DNA of 64,000 nucleotides from Deltaproteobacteria bacterium RIFCSPLOWO2_12_FULL_60_19 (GTDB lineage Bacteria > Desulfobacterota > Binatia > UBA9968): NCBI GenBank assembly GCA_001798595.1, contig MGSS01000014.1:20910-84909 (forward strand), read 5' to 3'. Made by a program: the position numbers and the translations under genes. The notes below the pieces were generated by a model. The model saw only the letters and a list, made by a program, of their open reading frames with translations. It was not told the origin of the DNA and did not search any database. Of the stretch, positions 18,251-26,339 are shown piece by piece (positions within the stretch are counted from its first letter, which is position 1; each line of letters opens with the position of its first letter).

Positions 18251-19129
18251 ATGAAGCCCGCTCAATTTGATTATTTCGCTCCCGCGAAAATTCGGGACGC
18301 CCTCGCGCTGCTTGAGGAGTACAAGGACGAGGCCAAGATTTTGGCCGGCGGCCAAAGCCTCATGCCTCTGCTCAACATGCGTCTCGCCCGCCCGCGGGCG
18401 CTGATCGATATCAACCGCATCACGAGCCATTCCTACATCCGCCGGGAGAACAGCGTCCTCGCCATCGGCGCTCTAACCCGCCACCGGGAGATCGAGACAT
18501 CGCCGCTCGTGCGGCAGAAGTGCCCAGTGCTAGCCGAGGCGGTCCGGTGGATCGGCTATCCGCAGATTCGCAATCGGGGCACGATGGGAGGCTCCCTGGC
18601 GCATGCCCATCCCGCGGCCGAGCTGCCGGCGGTGGTGACCGCGCTTAGAGGAGAACTCAGGGTCATCGGCCCGGCGGGGGAGCGGACGGTAAAAGCGGAA
18701 GAGTTCTTTCAAGGATTTTTCACCGTGGCGCTTGAGCCGAACGAGATCTTGAGCGAAGTGCGTCTAGCGCTCTGGCCGAAGAACGCGGGATTCTCGTTTA
18801 AAGAAATCAACCGGCGCCACGGCGACTTCGCCATCGCCGGCGTCGCCGCTCTGATCTCGCTCAACGAGAGGAAAGAGTGCGCCGAGAGCAGCATCGTTCT
18901 GGCGGGAGTGAATCCGACGCCGCTGCGCGCGAAGCGATCGGAGAAGTTGCTCAAGGGGCGGAAAATCACTCGGGACATCATTGAAACAGCGGCGGCGCTG
19001 GCCGCGGAGGACTCCGATCCGCCGTCGGACGTGCACGGCTCGGCCGACTACCGGCGCGAGCTGGTCAAGGTCATCGTCCGAAGGGCGCTGGAAGAGGCGG
19101 GAGCAAGAGCAATGCAAAATGAAAAGTGA
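18251..19129 (+). CDS. Molybdenum hydroxylase (xanthine dehydrogenase/CoxM family) FAD-binding medium subunit
   Basis: 292 aa with the ILAGGQSLMPLLNMRL and RNRGTMGGSLAHA motifs. The last 5 codons (MQNEK) and the stop lie inside a family-1 repeat. Confidence 0.85.
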   Translation: MKPAQFDYFAPAKIRDALALLEEYKDEAKILAGGQSLMPLLNMRLARPRALIDINRITSHSYIRRENSVLAIGALTRHREIETSPLVRQKCPVLAEAVRWIGYPQIRNRGTMGGSLAHAHPAAELPAVVTALRGELRVIGPAGERTVKAEEFFQGFFTVALEPNEILSEVRLALWPKNAGFSFKEINRRHGDFAIAGVAALISLNERKECAESSIVLAGVNPTPLRAKRSEKLLKGRKITRDIIETAAALAAEDSDPPSDVHGSADYRRELVKVIVRRALEEAGARAMQNEK

Positions 19130-19189
19130 AAAATGCAAAATGAAGACTAAAAATTTACGCTTTGCCTTTTGCAATCTGCAATTTGCATT
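19110..19189. repeat. AT-rich word-repeat palindrome, family 1, copy c
   Basis: caatgcaaaatgaaaagtgaaaaatgcaaaatgaag...cgctttgccttttgcaatctgcaatttgcattg. Confidence 0.85.
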
Positions 19190-19207
19190 GGTGGGGGGTT
19201 TGTAGCC

Positions 19208-19702
19208 ATGGCGCGCATGTATCCGATCAAGCTGACGGTGAATGGGATCGAGTATGAGAGAACCGTCGAGGCGCGCAAGCTTTTAGCGGATTTTCTGCGC
19301 GACGACTTGGAGCTTACCGGCACGCACGTCGGGTGCGAGCATGGAGCCTGCGGCGCCTGCACGGTCATCATGAACGGCCAAACGGCGCAGTCTTGTCTCA
19401 TGCTCGCCGTTCAAGCGGACGGCGCGGAGATTCTGACCGTCGAGGGGCTGGCCGACGGCGCGGGGCTCCATCCGATCCAGCAGGCTTTTCTCGACTGCCA
19501 CGCCCTCCAGTGCGGCTTCTGCACGCCCGGCGTCCTGCTCTCCGCCCACGCGCTGTTGCAGGAAAACTCCCATCCGACGGAAGAGGAGATTCGTCAAGGG
19601 ATATCCGGCCATATCTGCCGCTGCACCGGGTATGTGAATATCGTGAAGGCGATCCAGGCCGCGGCGGAGAAGACGGCGGTGGCGCCGCTCAATGCAAAAT
19701 GA
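19208..19702 (+). CDS. Molybdenum hydroxylase small subunit, two [2Fe-2S] clusters (CoxS type)
   Basis: GCEHGACGACTV, CGFCTPG and CRCTGY motifs. I chose the start at ATG 19208 (MARMYPIKLTVNG). The last 3 codons and the stop lie inside a family-1 repeat. Confidence 0.9.
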   Translation: MARMYPIKLTVNGIEYERTVEARKLLADFLRDDLELTGTHVGCEHGACGACTVIMNGQTAQSCLMLAVQADGAEILTVEGLADGAGLHPIQQAFLDCHALQCGFCTPGVLLSAHALLQENSHPTEEEIRQGISGHICRCTGYVNIVKAIQAAAEKTAVAPLNAK

Positions 19703-19795
19703 AAAATGAAAGGTTCAAAGTGAAAAGTGAAGACGCCATGCATCCGAGGAGCTTGAGAATTTTGCAATTTGCACTTTGCAATTTTCATTTTGCAA
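19690..19795. repeat. AT-rich word-repeat palindrome, family 1, copy d
   Basis: caatgcaaaatgaaaaatgaaaggttcaaagtgaaaagtgaag ... gagaattttgcaatttgcactttgcaattttcattttgcaat. Confidence 0.85.
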
Positions 19796-20847
19796 TACGG
19801 ATTACTTTGTGGGCGCTTCTCCTGATTCCCGCGCCGGCACGGGCTCAACAGAACGCCGAGGAGCTGCTGTCCCAGCTTAACAAACTGCCTGCGGCCGAGC
19901 GCCGGCAGAAGCTGCTCGACGGCGCGAAGCAGGATCGGGAGGTCTCGGTCTACGCGAGCTTCACCGAAGCCAACACTCTCGGCAACGCCTTCCGCAAGCA
20001 GCATCCTTCCGTAGCGGTAAATATCCGGCGGCTCGGCGGGGGACGCTTGCTGGACATCACGGTCACGGAGTTCCGGGCGGGAAAGCATCTGGTGGACGTT
20101 TTTATCGGCGGCTCGACCTCGGGCCGGCCGCTCGTCGAGGCGGGAGTGATCGGCCGCTATGTTTCGCCCGAGCGGGCGTTCTTGGATGCGCATCTCAAAG
20201 ACGAAAAGGGCTACTGGACCGCCTTCTTTTCGCGCCACCTGGTTTTTGCCTACAACACGACGCTGGTCCCGGCGGCCAGGCTGCCGAAAACCTACTTCGA
20301 TCTCCTCGATCCCTACTGGAAAGGAAAGCTCGCCATCGACGATCATCCGGGCAACTGGCTGGCCGGCATGGTGAAGGCGTACGGCAAAGAAAAGGCCACG
20401 GAGCTGCTGCAAGGGGTGGTTAGACAGGCGCCCAAGATCATTCGCGGCCGCACGCTCAAGGGGCAACTGCTCGCCGCCGGCGAATTTCACGCAGCCGTGG
20501 ACCAGACCGAGGAGAGCGTGATCGAGATCAAGAAGAAGGGCGCGCCGGTGGACTATGCCCTGCTGGAAAATACGCCGGTGCTGACCAATCCGGTGCTGCT
20601 GGCGAAGAATGCGCCGCATCCGTATGCGGCGGCGCTGTTCGTGGATTACCTCCTTTCGAGCGCGGGCCAGCAGGCGGTCGTGGATATCGACTACGTGCCG
20701 ACGCGCCAGGGGTTCAAGCCCAAAAACCAGGAGCTGGCCGCGCGGGCCGCCAAGGCCAAACTGGTCTTCTTCGACCTCGACTGGTTCGGCGAGCGGCAGA
20801 AGGAGATCAACGATTTGATCAAGGAGAATCTCAGGCCGCATCGGTAA
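19738..20847 (+). CDS. Exported ABC solute-binding protein, family-1 / Fe(III)-polyamine type (S1)
   Basis: The mature part, AQQNAEELLSQLNKLPAAERRQKLLDGAKQDREVSVYAS, is a paralog of four other SBPs in the window. The start is uncertain. ATG 19738 would make part of the signal peptide (LRILQFALCNFHFAI) repeat-encoded. Confidence 0.75.
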   Translation: MHPRSLRILQFALCNFHFAIRITLWALLLIPAPARAQQNAEELLSQLNKLPAAERRQKLLDGAKQDREVSVYASFTEANTLGNAFRKQHPSVAVNIRRLGGGRLLDITVTEFRAGKHLVDVFIGGSTSGRPLVEAGVIGRYVSPERAFLDAHLKDEKGYWTAFFSRHLVFAYNTTLVPAARLPKTYFDLLDPYWKGKLAIDDHPGNWLAGMVKAYGKEKATELLQGVVRQAPKIIRGRTLKGQLLAAGEFHAAVDQTEESVIEIKKKGAPVDYALLENTPVLTNPVLLAKNAPHPYAAALFVDYLLSSAGQQAVVDIDYVPTRQGFKPKNQELAARAAKAKLVFFDLDWFGERQKEINDLIKENLRPHR

Positions 20848-20915
20848 GTCATTTGTTCAAGTTGTTCAAAAGGTTCAAGTGGTTCAAAAACACTGTGAAC
20901 TCGAACAGTGAAAGG
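20848..20915. repeat. Word-repeat element (GTTCAA words) with a short palindrome
   Basis: gtcatttgttcaagttgttcaaaaggttcaagtggttcaaaaacactgtgaactcgaacagtg. Confidence 0.6.
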
Positions 20916-20923
20916 ATCACGCC

Positions 20924-22006
20924 ATGCCGCGACTAAAAAGCTGTGTCCTGCTGACCTTAGCTCTGTCCTTTTTCTCCCAGGGACTGAGCTTCGCCCAGCA
21001 AGGCGTCGAGAATCTGTTGGAAAGCCTGAACAAGCTTGCTCCCGCGGAGCGGCAGCAGAGGCTTGTCGAAGGATCGAAAAAAGAAAAAGAGCTGATGGTC
21101 TACACGGTCTTGACCCTCACCGACTTCGACCATCTCCAGCGAGCGTTCAACGCCAGGTATCCCCACATCCAGGTGAAGCGCTTGCGCCAGGGCGGGGGCA
21201 AGCTGTTCGACTTCCTTATGAACGAGTACCGGGCGGGAAAAAATCTCGTCGATGTCCTGACCGCCGGCGAGACCATCACCTATCCGCTCATCAAAGAGGG
21301 ACTGATCGGCCGCTACGCTTCCCCGGAACGGCAAGCCTTCGCTCCGGAGTATAAAGACAAGGACGGTTACTGGACCGCATACTTCGCTTACCGCTGGGTC
21401 TTCGGCTACAACGTCGACCTGATTCCCGCCAACAGGATTCCCAAGAGCTACTTCGATCTCCTCGATCCCTACTGGAAAGGCAAGCTCGCCATCGACACCG
21501 ATCCTCATTCGTGGATGATCGGCATCATCAAGGCCTACGGCAAGGAAAAGGCCGTCGATTACTTCAGGAGGCTGGCCGGCCAGGGATTGCGCGCGCACAA
21601 AGGACGAACGCTCCGTGCGCAGCTCATGGCGGCGGGCGAGTTTCCGGCTTCCGTCGAGCAGGAGGTGAGCAAGATAGTTCAGATGAAGCGTCAGGGCGCG
21701 CCCTTGGACTACCGCTATCTTGAGAACACTCCCTCGACGTTGACGCCCGTGGCGCTTGCGCGGCTCGCTTCGCATCCCCACGCGGCGGCGCTCTACATCG
21801 ACTTCGTACTCTCCGAAGAAGGACAGAAGATACTGGCCGAGCTGGCTTATGTGCCCGCCCGCGGCGGTCTGCGCCCGAAGGATACGGAACTGGCCGAGCG
21901 CGACCGGCAAGCGAAGATCGTGGCGATGGACACGGAATCGACGTTTGCCTGGCGGAAAGAAGTCCTCGCCCTGGCGGATCAGATATTCACACCGGGGCGA
22001 AGGTGA
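20924..22006 (+). CDS. Exported ABC solute-binding protein, family-1 / Fe(III)-polyamine type (S2)
   Basis: 360 aa. The signal peptide is MPRLKSCVLLTLALSFFSQGLSFA. The LNKLAPAERQQRLVEGSKKEKE helix is shared with S1 and S3-S5. Confidence 0.85.
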   Translation: MPRLKSCVLLTLALSFFSQGLSFAQQGVENLLESLNKLAPAERQQRLVEGSKKEKELMVYTVLTLTDFDHLQRAFNARYPHIQVKRLRQGGGKLFDFLMNEYRAGKNLVDVLTAGETITYPLIKEGLIGRYASPERQAFAPEYKDKDGYWTAYFAYRWVFGYNVDLIPANRIPKSYFDLLDPYWKGKLAIDTDPHSWMIGIIKAYGKEKAVDYFRRLAGQGLRAHKGRTLRAQLMAAGEFPASVEQEVSKIVQMKRQGAPLDYRYLENTPSTLTPVALARLASHPHAAALYIDFVLSEEGQKILAELAYVPARGGLRPKDTELAERDRQAKIVAMDTESTFAWRKEVLALADQIFTPGRR

Positions 22007-22078
22007 GGAATAACGTGAGAGCGTAAGGCGTGAGGCGTTAGGCGATCCCCTCACCCCTCACGCCTGACCCCTTACGGC
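22003..22078. repeat. GC-rich word-repeat hairpin (GTGAGGCG words)
   Basis: gtgaggaataacgtgagagcgtaaggcgtgaggcgttaggcgatcccctcacccctcacgcctgaccccttacggc. Confidence 0.75.
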
Positions 22079-22092
22079 TTATAGGAGAAATA

Positions 22093-24537
22093 ATGGCTGT
22101 CGCAGAAACTGACGTTCGCGCTCATGCCCGGTGGTTCGGCACGCCGGTTAAGCGCAAGGAAGATCCGAGGCTGCTGACCGGCCGGGGGCATTACGTGGCT
22201 GATATCAGTCTGCCGCGCACGGTTCACTGCGCCTTGCTCCGCAGCCCTCACGCCCACGCGCGAATTCACCGCATCGACGTGAGCAAGGCCCAAGCGCTCC
22301 CCGGCGTCGTCCTGACGCTCACGGGAGAAGAGCTGGCTCAAGCGACCAACCCGCTCCCTTCGGTTTTCAGTCTCGGCAACAAGCCGGCGCCCTTTCTCGA
22401 CTATCCGATGGCGGTTAAGAAAGTCCGCTACGCCGGCGAGCCGGTGGCGGCGGTCGTGGCGACGGATCGTTACTTGGCCGAAGACGCGCTCGAATTGATC
22501 GACGTCGAGTATGAGCCTCTCCCGGCGGTGACCGATGTCGAGGAGGCGACTCGCCCCGGCGCGCCGCTGCTGTTCGAAGAGATGGGCACGAACGTCACCT
22601 GGCATGGAACTTTTCCCTATGGCGAGGTGGAGCGCGCCTTTCGAGAGGCCGACCGGATCGTCAAGCGACGGCTCTACTTTCACCGCTACAGCTCGACGCC
22701 GATGGAGACCTTCGGCGGGATCGCGAGCTACGACCCGCCGAGTCAGTTACTCACGATCTATTCCAACCTCCAGATTCCCGCCATGCTGCATCCTTTCATG
22801 AGCTACAGCTTGAAGATTCCCGGCAACCGGTTGCGGCAGGTGACCGGCGACATCGGCGGGGGATTCGGCATCAAGTGCGCCGTCTATGCCAACATGATCA
22901 TTCTGGGCGTGCTCTCGATGCGTCTCGGCCGGCCGGTCAAGTGGATCGAGGACCGGCACGAGCACCTGTTGGGCAGCGCGCACGGCACGGAGCGCGCCGC
23001 TTACGTGGAAGCCGCGGTCAAGAACGACGGCACGTTCCTCGGCGTGAAGATCAAGAGCTACGACAACGACGGCGGATACATGAGATTTCCCGAGCCGGTC
23101 GGCGTGATCCTCTGGTCCCACGTGGTCCAGGGCTGCTACCGATTCCGCGACATCCTGATGGACTGTTACGCGGTGGTGACGAACAAATGCCCGGTGACGC
23201 CCAATCGCGGCTACGGCCGCATGCAGCACCAGTTCTTTCTCGAAAGAATGATGAACATCGTCGCGCGCGAGCTGGGGCAGGATCCGGTGGAGATCCGGCT
23301 CAAGAATTTCATCCGGCCCGGCGAGTTTCCCTACGAGGCGACCAACGGGAGCGTTTACGACAGCGGCGATTATGCCGAGGCGCTCAAGCAGGCGCTCGAG
23401 CGGATCGGCGGCTATGAGCATTGGCGGGCGGAGCAGAAGAAGGCGAGAGCGGAGGGGCGCTACATCGGGATCGGCGTCGCGACGATCATGGATCCGGGCG
23501 CGTCGAATTTGGGCGAGATGAGCATGATCGACCCCGACATCCGCTCCTCAACGGCGGGCGAGGCGGCGACGATCAAGATCGACGCCACGGGCGCGGTGAC
23601 GGTGGCGCTCGGTTCGGTGCCGCAGGGGCAGGGGCATGAAACCACGAGCGCGCAGATCGTCGCCGACGAGTTGGGAGTGAGCGTCGATGAGGTCGTGGTC
23701 TTGACCGGCTTCGACACGGCGACGCATCCCTACTGCGGCAGCTCGGGAACCTATGCCAGCCGCTACGCCGGCACGGCCACCGGCGCGCTCAAAGGGGCGG
23801 CGCAGAAACTGAGAGAGAGAATATTCAAGATCGCCGCTCAATTCTTGGAAGCAAGACAGGAGGATTTGGAGCTGGCGGAAGGAAAAGTATTTGTCCGCGG
23901 GGCGCCGCAGCGGGGGATGGCCTTGCGCGATATCGCCGGGATCGCGCTCTACAATCCGGCGGCGCTGCCCGAAGGGGTGGAGCCGGGCCTGGAGGCGACT
24001 TGCAATTACAACTTTCCCCTGGCGAACCAGATGGACGCAAAGTTCCGCGCCAACTACGCCTCGACCTACGCCAACGCGGCGCACGCCGTCGCCATCGAGG
24101 TCGATGTGGAAACGGGAGAGGTCAAGATCCTCAAGTACGCCGTGGTCCACGACGCGGGGAATTTAATCAATCCGAGCATCGCCGACGGCCAGATCCACGG
24201 CGGCGTGGCCCACAGCCTCGGCGCCGCGCTTTACGAAGAGTTCGCTTACGACGAAAACGGCCAGCTCCTGACCTCCAGCTTCATGGACTACCTTTGCCCC
24301 AAGGCGACCGACGTGCCGCCGATGTCGGTCGGCCATCTGTGCAGCCCCTCGCCGTTCACCCCGTACGGCGTCAAAGGGATGGGCGAAGGGAGCGGGCCGA
24401 TTCCTGCGCTGCTCGGCAACGCGATCGAAGATGCTCTGGCGCCGTTGGGCGTCGAAGTGGACGGGTCGCACTTCAGCCCGCAGAACGTGATGGCGATGAT
24501 TTGGAAGGCTAAAGGAAAGCGTGTCGACACGCAGTAG
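22093..24537 (+). CDS. Molybdenum hydroxylase large (molybdopterin-binding) subunit, xanthine dehydrogenase/aldehyde oxidase/CoxL family
   Basis: 814 aa with a typical N-terminus, GTPVKRKEDPRLLTGRGHYVADI...LRSPHAHARI. No AYxCSFR motif of true CO dehydrogenases is seen. Confidence 0.9.
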   Translation: MAVAETDVRAHARWFGTPVKRKEDPRLLTGRGHYVADISLPRTVHCALLRSPHAHARIHRIDVSKAQALPGVVLTLTGEELAQATNPLPSVFSLGNKPAPFLDYPMAVKKVRYAGEPVAAVVATDRYLAEDALELIDVEYEPLPAVTDVEEATRPGAPLLFEEMGTNVTWHGTFPYGEVERAFREADRIVKRRLYFHRYSSTPMETFGGIASYDPPSQLLTIYSNLQIPAMLHPFMSYSLKIPGNRLRQVTGDIGGGFGIKCAVYANMIILGVLSMRLGRPVKWIEDRHEHLLGSAHGTERAAYVEAAVKNDGTFLGVKIKSYDNDGGYMRFPEPVGVILWSHVVQGCYRFRDILMDCYAVVTNKCPVTPNRGYGRMQHQFFLERMMNIVARELGQDPVEIRLKNFIRPGEFPYEATNGSVYDSGDYAEALKQALERIGGYEHWRAEQKKARAEGRYIGIGVATIMDPGASNLGEMSMIDPDIRSSTAGEAATIKIDATGAVTVALGSVPQGQGHETTSAQIVADELGVSVDEVVVLTGFDTATHPYCGSSGTYASRYAGTATGALKGAAQKLRERIFKIAAQFLEARQEDLELAEGKVFVRGAPQRGMALRDIAGIALYNPAALPEGVEPGLEATCNYNFPLANQMDAKFRANYASTYANAAHAVAIEVDVETGEVKILKYAVVHDAGNLINPSIADGQIHGGVAHSLGAALYEEFAYDENGQLLTSSFMDYLCPKATDVPPMSVGHLCSPSPFTPYGVKGMGEGSGPIPALLGNAIEDALAPLGVEVDGSHFSPQNVMAMIWKAKGKRVDTQ

Positions 24538-24580
24538 CTTAGAAGAAGAGACGTAGAGTCTCTGGAAAGTTGGAGGTGAT

Positions 24581-25675
24581 ATGATGAGCCCATTTCTTTG
24601 CCGAATTCTCTTCAGCCTGCTTATTTTCTTTGCTTGCTCGGGGACCCTCTGGGCGCAGGCCGACAAAGCGCCGGTCGTGGGCCTTTCCACGCAGCCGTGG
24701 ATCTCGTCCGAAGGCAAGCTTCTCTCAACCAAAGGAGGCGGTGTCCAGGGCAAGTTCACAAGTTATCCGATGCCCGTGCCGGCGGCGATTCCTCACTGCA
24801 TAGCGATCGACCAGAAGGGAATTATCTGGGCCGGTCTCGTGGGGAGCAACCGGATCGGAAAGTTCGATCCCAAAACGGGTCTCTTCAAACATTACCTGGT
24901 CCCGACGCCGGACAGCCGGCCGCACGGCATTACGGTCGCCGGAGATGGCAAGATCTGGTTCACCTCCGAGCAGGATCTCCGCCGCAAGGTAGGACGGTTC
25001 GATCCGGATACCGAGTTGTTCATCGAAATCCAAGTCCCAGGCGTAGGCGACGCAGACGTCAGGCCCCACACTCCTATTTTCGGCCCGGGCGGGTACGTCT
25101 GGTTTACAATGGAGGACGGCATCGGCAGGATCGATCCGAAGAGCCTCGAGGCCAAAGCCTTTCCTGTCCCTACTAAAAACTCGCGGCCCTATGGAATCAC
25201 CGTCGGGCTTGACGGGATGATCTACTTTGCCGAGTGGCGGGGTCACAAAATCGGCAGGCTCAATCCCAAAACGGGTGAAGTGAGGGAGTACGATCCTCCC
25301 ACACCCAAATCGGGAACGCGCCGGATCACCACCGCTCCCGACGGCATCATCTGGGTCAGCGAATACATCGCCCACAATCTCGCTCGCCTGGATCCAAAAA
25401 GCGGAGAGATCAAAGAATATAAAATGCCTTCTGCGCCCAACTCTGCTCCTTACGGGATCGTGGCTACCCCGGATGGGATGATCTGGGTTTCCGAACAGTT
25501 CTCCAACCTGATTACGAAGTTCGATCCTAAGACCGAAAAGTTTACTTCTTACCCGGTTCCCTGGGACGAGTCGGGGCTACGCATCCCCTCCAGCGTGCGC
25601 AACATGCTCACGGATCGTGAGGGCAAAATTTGGTACGGGGACAATCGCAACAGCCGAATTACCAAAGTAGAGTGA
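24581..25675 (+). CDS. Secreted beta-propeller protein, streptogramin (virginiamycin B) lyase Vgb-like repeats
   Basis: The signal peptide is MMSPFLCRILFSLLIFFACSGTLWA. It has about 7 repeats of the pattern P.GI....DG.IWF.E....IGR.DPKTGE...Y (COG4257-like). Confidence 0.7.
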   Translation: MMSPFLCRILFSLLIFFACSGTLWAQADKAPVVGLSTQPWISSEGKLLSTKGGGVQGKFTSYPMPVPAAIPHCIAIDQKGIIWAGLVGSNRIGKFDPKTGLFKHYLVPTPDSRPHGITVAGDGKIWFTSEQDLRRKVGRFDPDTELFIEIQVPGVGDADVRPHTPIFGPGGYVWFTMEDGIGRIDPKSLEAKAFPVPTKNSRPYGITVGLDGMIYFAEWRGHKIGRLNPKTGEVREYDPPTPKSGTRRITTAPDGIIWVSEYIAHNLARLDPKSGEIKEYKMPSAPNSAPYGIVATPDGMIWVSEQFSNLITKFDPKTEKFTSYPVPWDESGLRIPSSVRNMLTDREGKIWYGDNRNSRITKVE

Positions 25676-25688
25676 AGGAGGGCCGATC

Positions 25689-26339
25689 ATGAAGACGTCC
25701 GGCAAAGAATACGCGCAGCCGCGAAGGTTCTTCTTGCGCATCCTGCTGTCTATTCCCATCGCAGCTTTTTTCCGGGATACGATTTTTGCCGTCTTAAAAG
25801 TATTGGGAGTGCCGGCGCCGGAGAGCGGGATCGCCTACGGCGCGCCTCAGCCGGTAGCCAGGCTCTCGCAGCTCTCTAAACCCTGGTCGGCGGTCCATTT
25901 TTCGTATCCCATCGTGATGAAAGACCTGGAAGGGGAACGAGAGGCCAAGGTGCCCGGTGTCGTCATTCGCTTGCCCGACGAGCAGGCGAAGGCCGCCGCG
26001 CAACAGGGAGTGAGCGGGATCAAAGGGAATTTCTATGCTCCCGTGCTCCTCTGCCCGCACGAAAAGTGCGTCATCTTCTATCGGGAGGACCGGAGAGAAT
26101 TGGAAAGGGAGTTGGGAGTCGAAGCGCGCACGCCGATGATCTCCTGCCCCTGCCACCAGTCCGTCTTCGATCTTTCCCAGAACGGGAGACCGGTCAAGGG
26201 CCCGGTCAGGCGCCGGCCCTGGTTCTTCGAGTTTGACATCGCGGGAGACGAAGTCGTGGTGAGCGGAGTAGAGAAAGGCTCCCTTACCTGGGGCAGGGCT
26301 ACGCGCGTTGGAGGAGAGGAAGAGCGACGGGCGCGATGA
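25689..26339 (+). CDS. Rieske [2Fe-2S] protein with a twin-arginine signal
   Basis: The Rieske boxes are CPHEKC and CPCHQSVF. The N-terminal QPRRFFLRILLSIPIAAFF resembles a Tat motif. Confidence 0.8.
   Translation: MKTSGKEYAQPRRFFLRILLSIPIAAFFRDTIFAVLKVLGVPAPESGIAYGAPQPVARLSQLSKPWSAVHFSYPIVMKDLEGEREAKVPGVVIRLPDEQAKAAAQQGVSGIKGNFYAPVLLCPHEKCVIFYREDRRELERELGVEARTPMISCPCHQSVFDLSQNGRPVKGPVRRRPWFFEFDIAGDEVVVSGVEKGSLTWGRATRVGGEEERRAR

Noticed and set aside
18251-24537. Assignment of the Mo hydroxylase as aerobic CO dehydrogenase (CoxMSL) or as 4-hydroxybenzoyl-CoA reductase
   Set aside because: The large subunit lacks the AYxCSFR active-site loop of form I CO dehydrogenase. The medium subunit is 292 aa with only two Cys, so it lacks the extra [4Fe-4S]-binding insertion of 4-hydroxybenzoyl-CoA reductase. 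I kept the generic family call.
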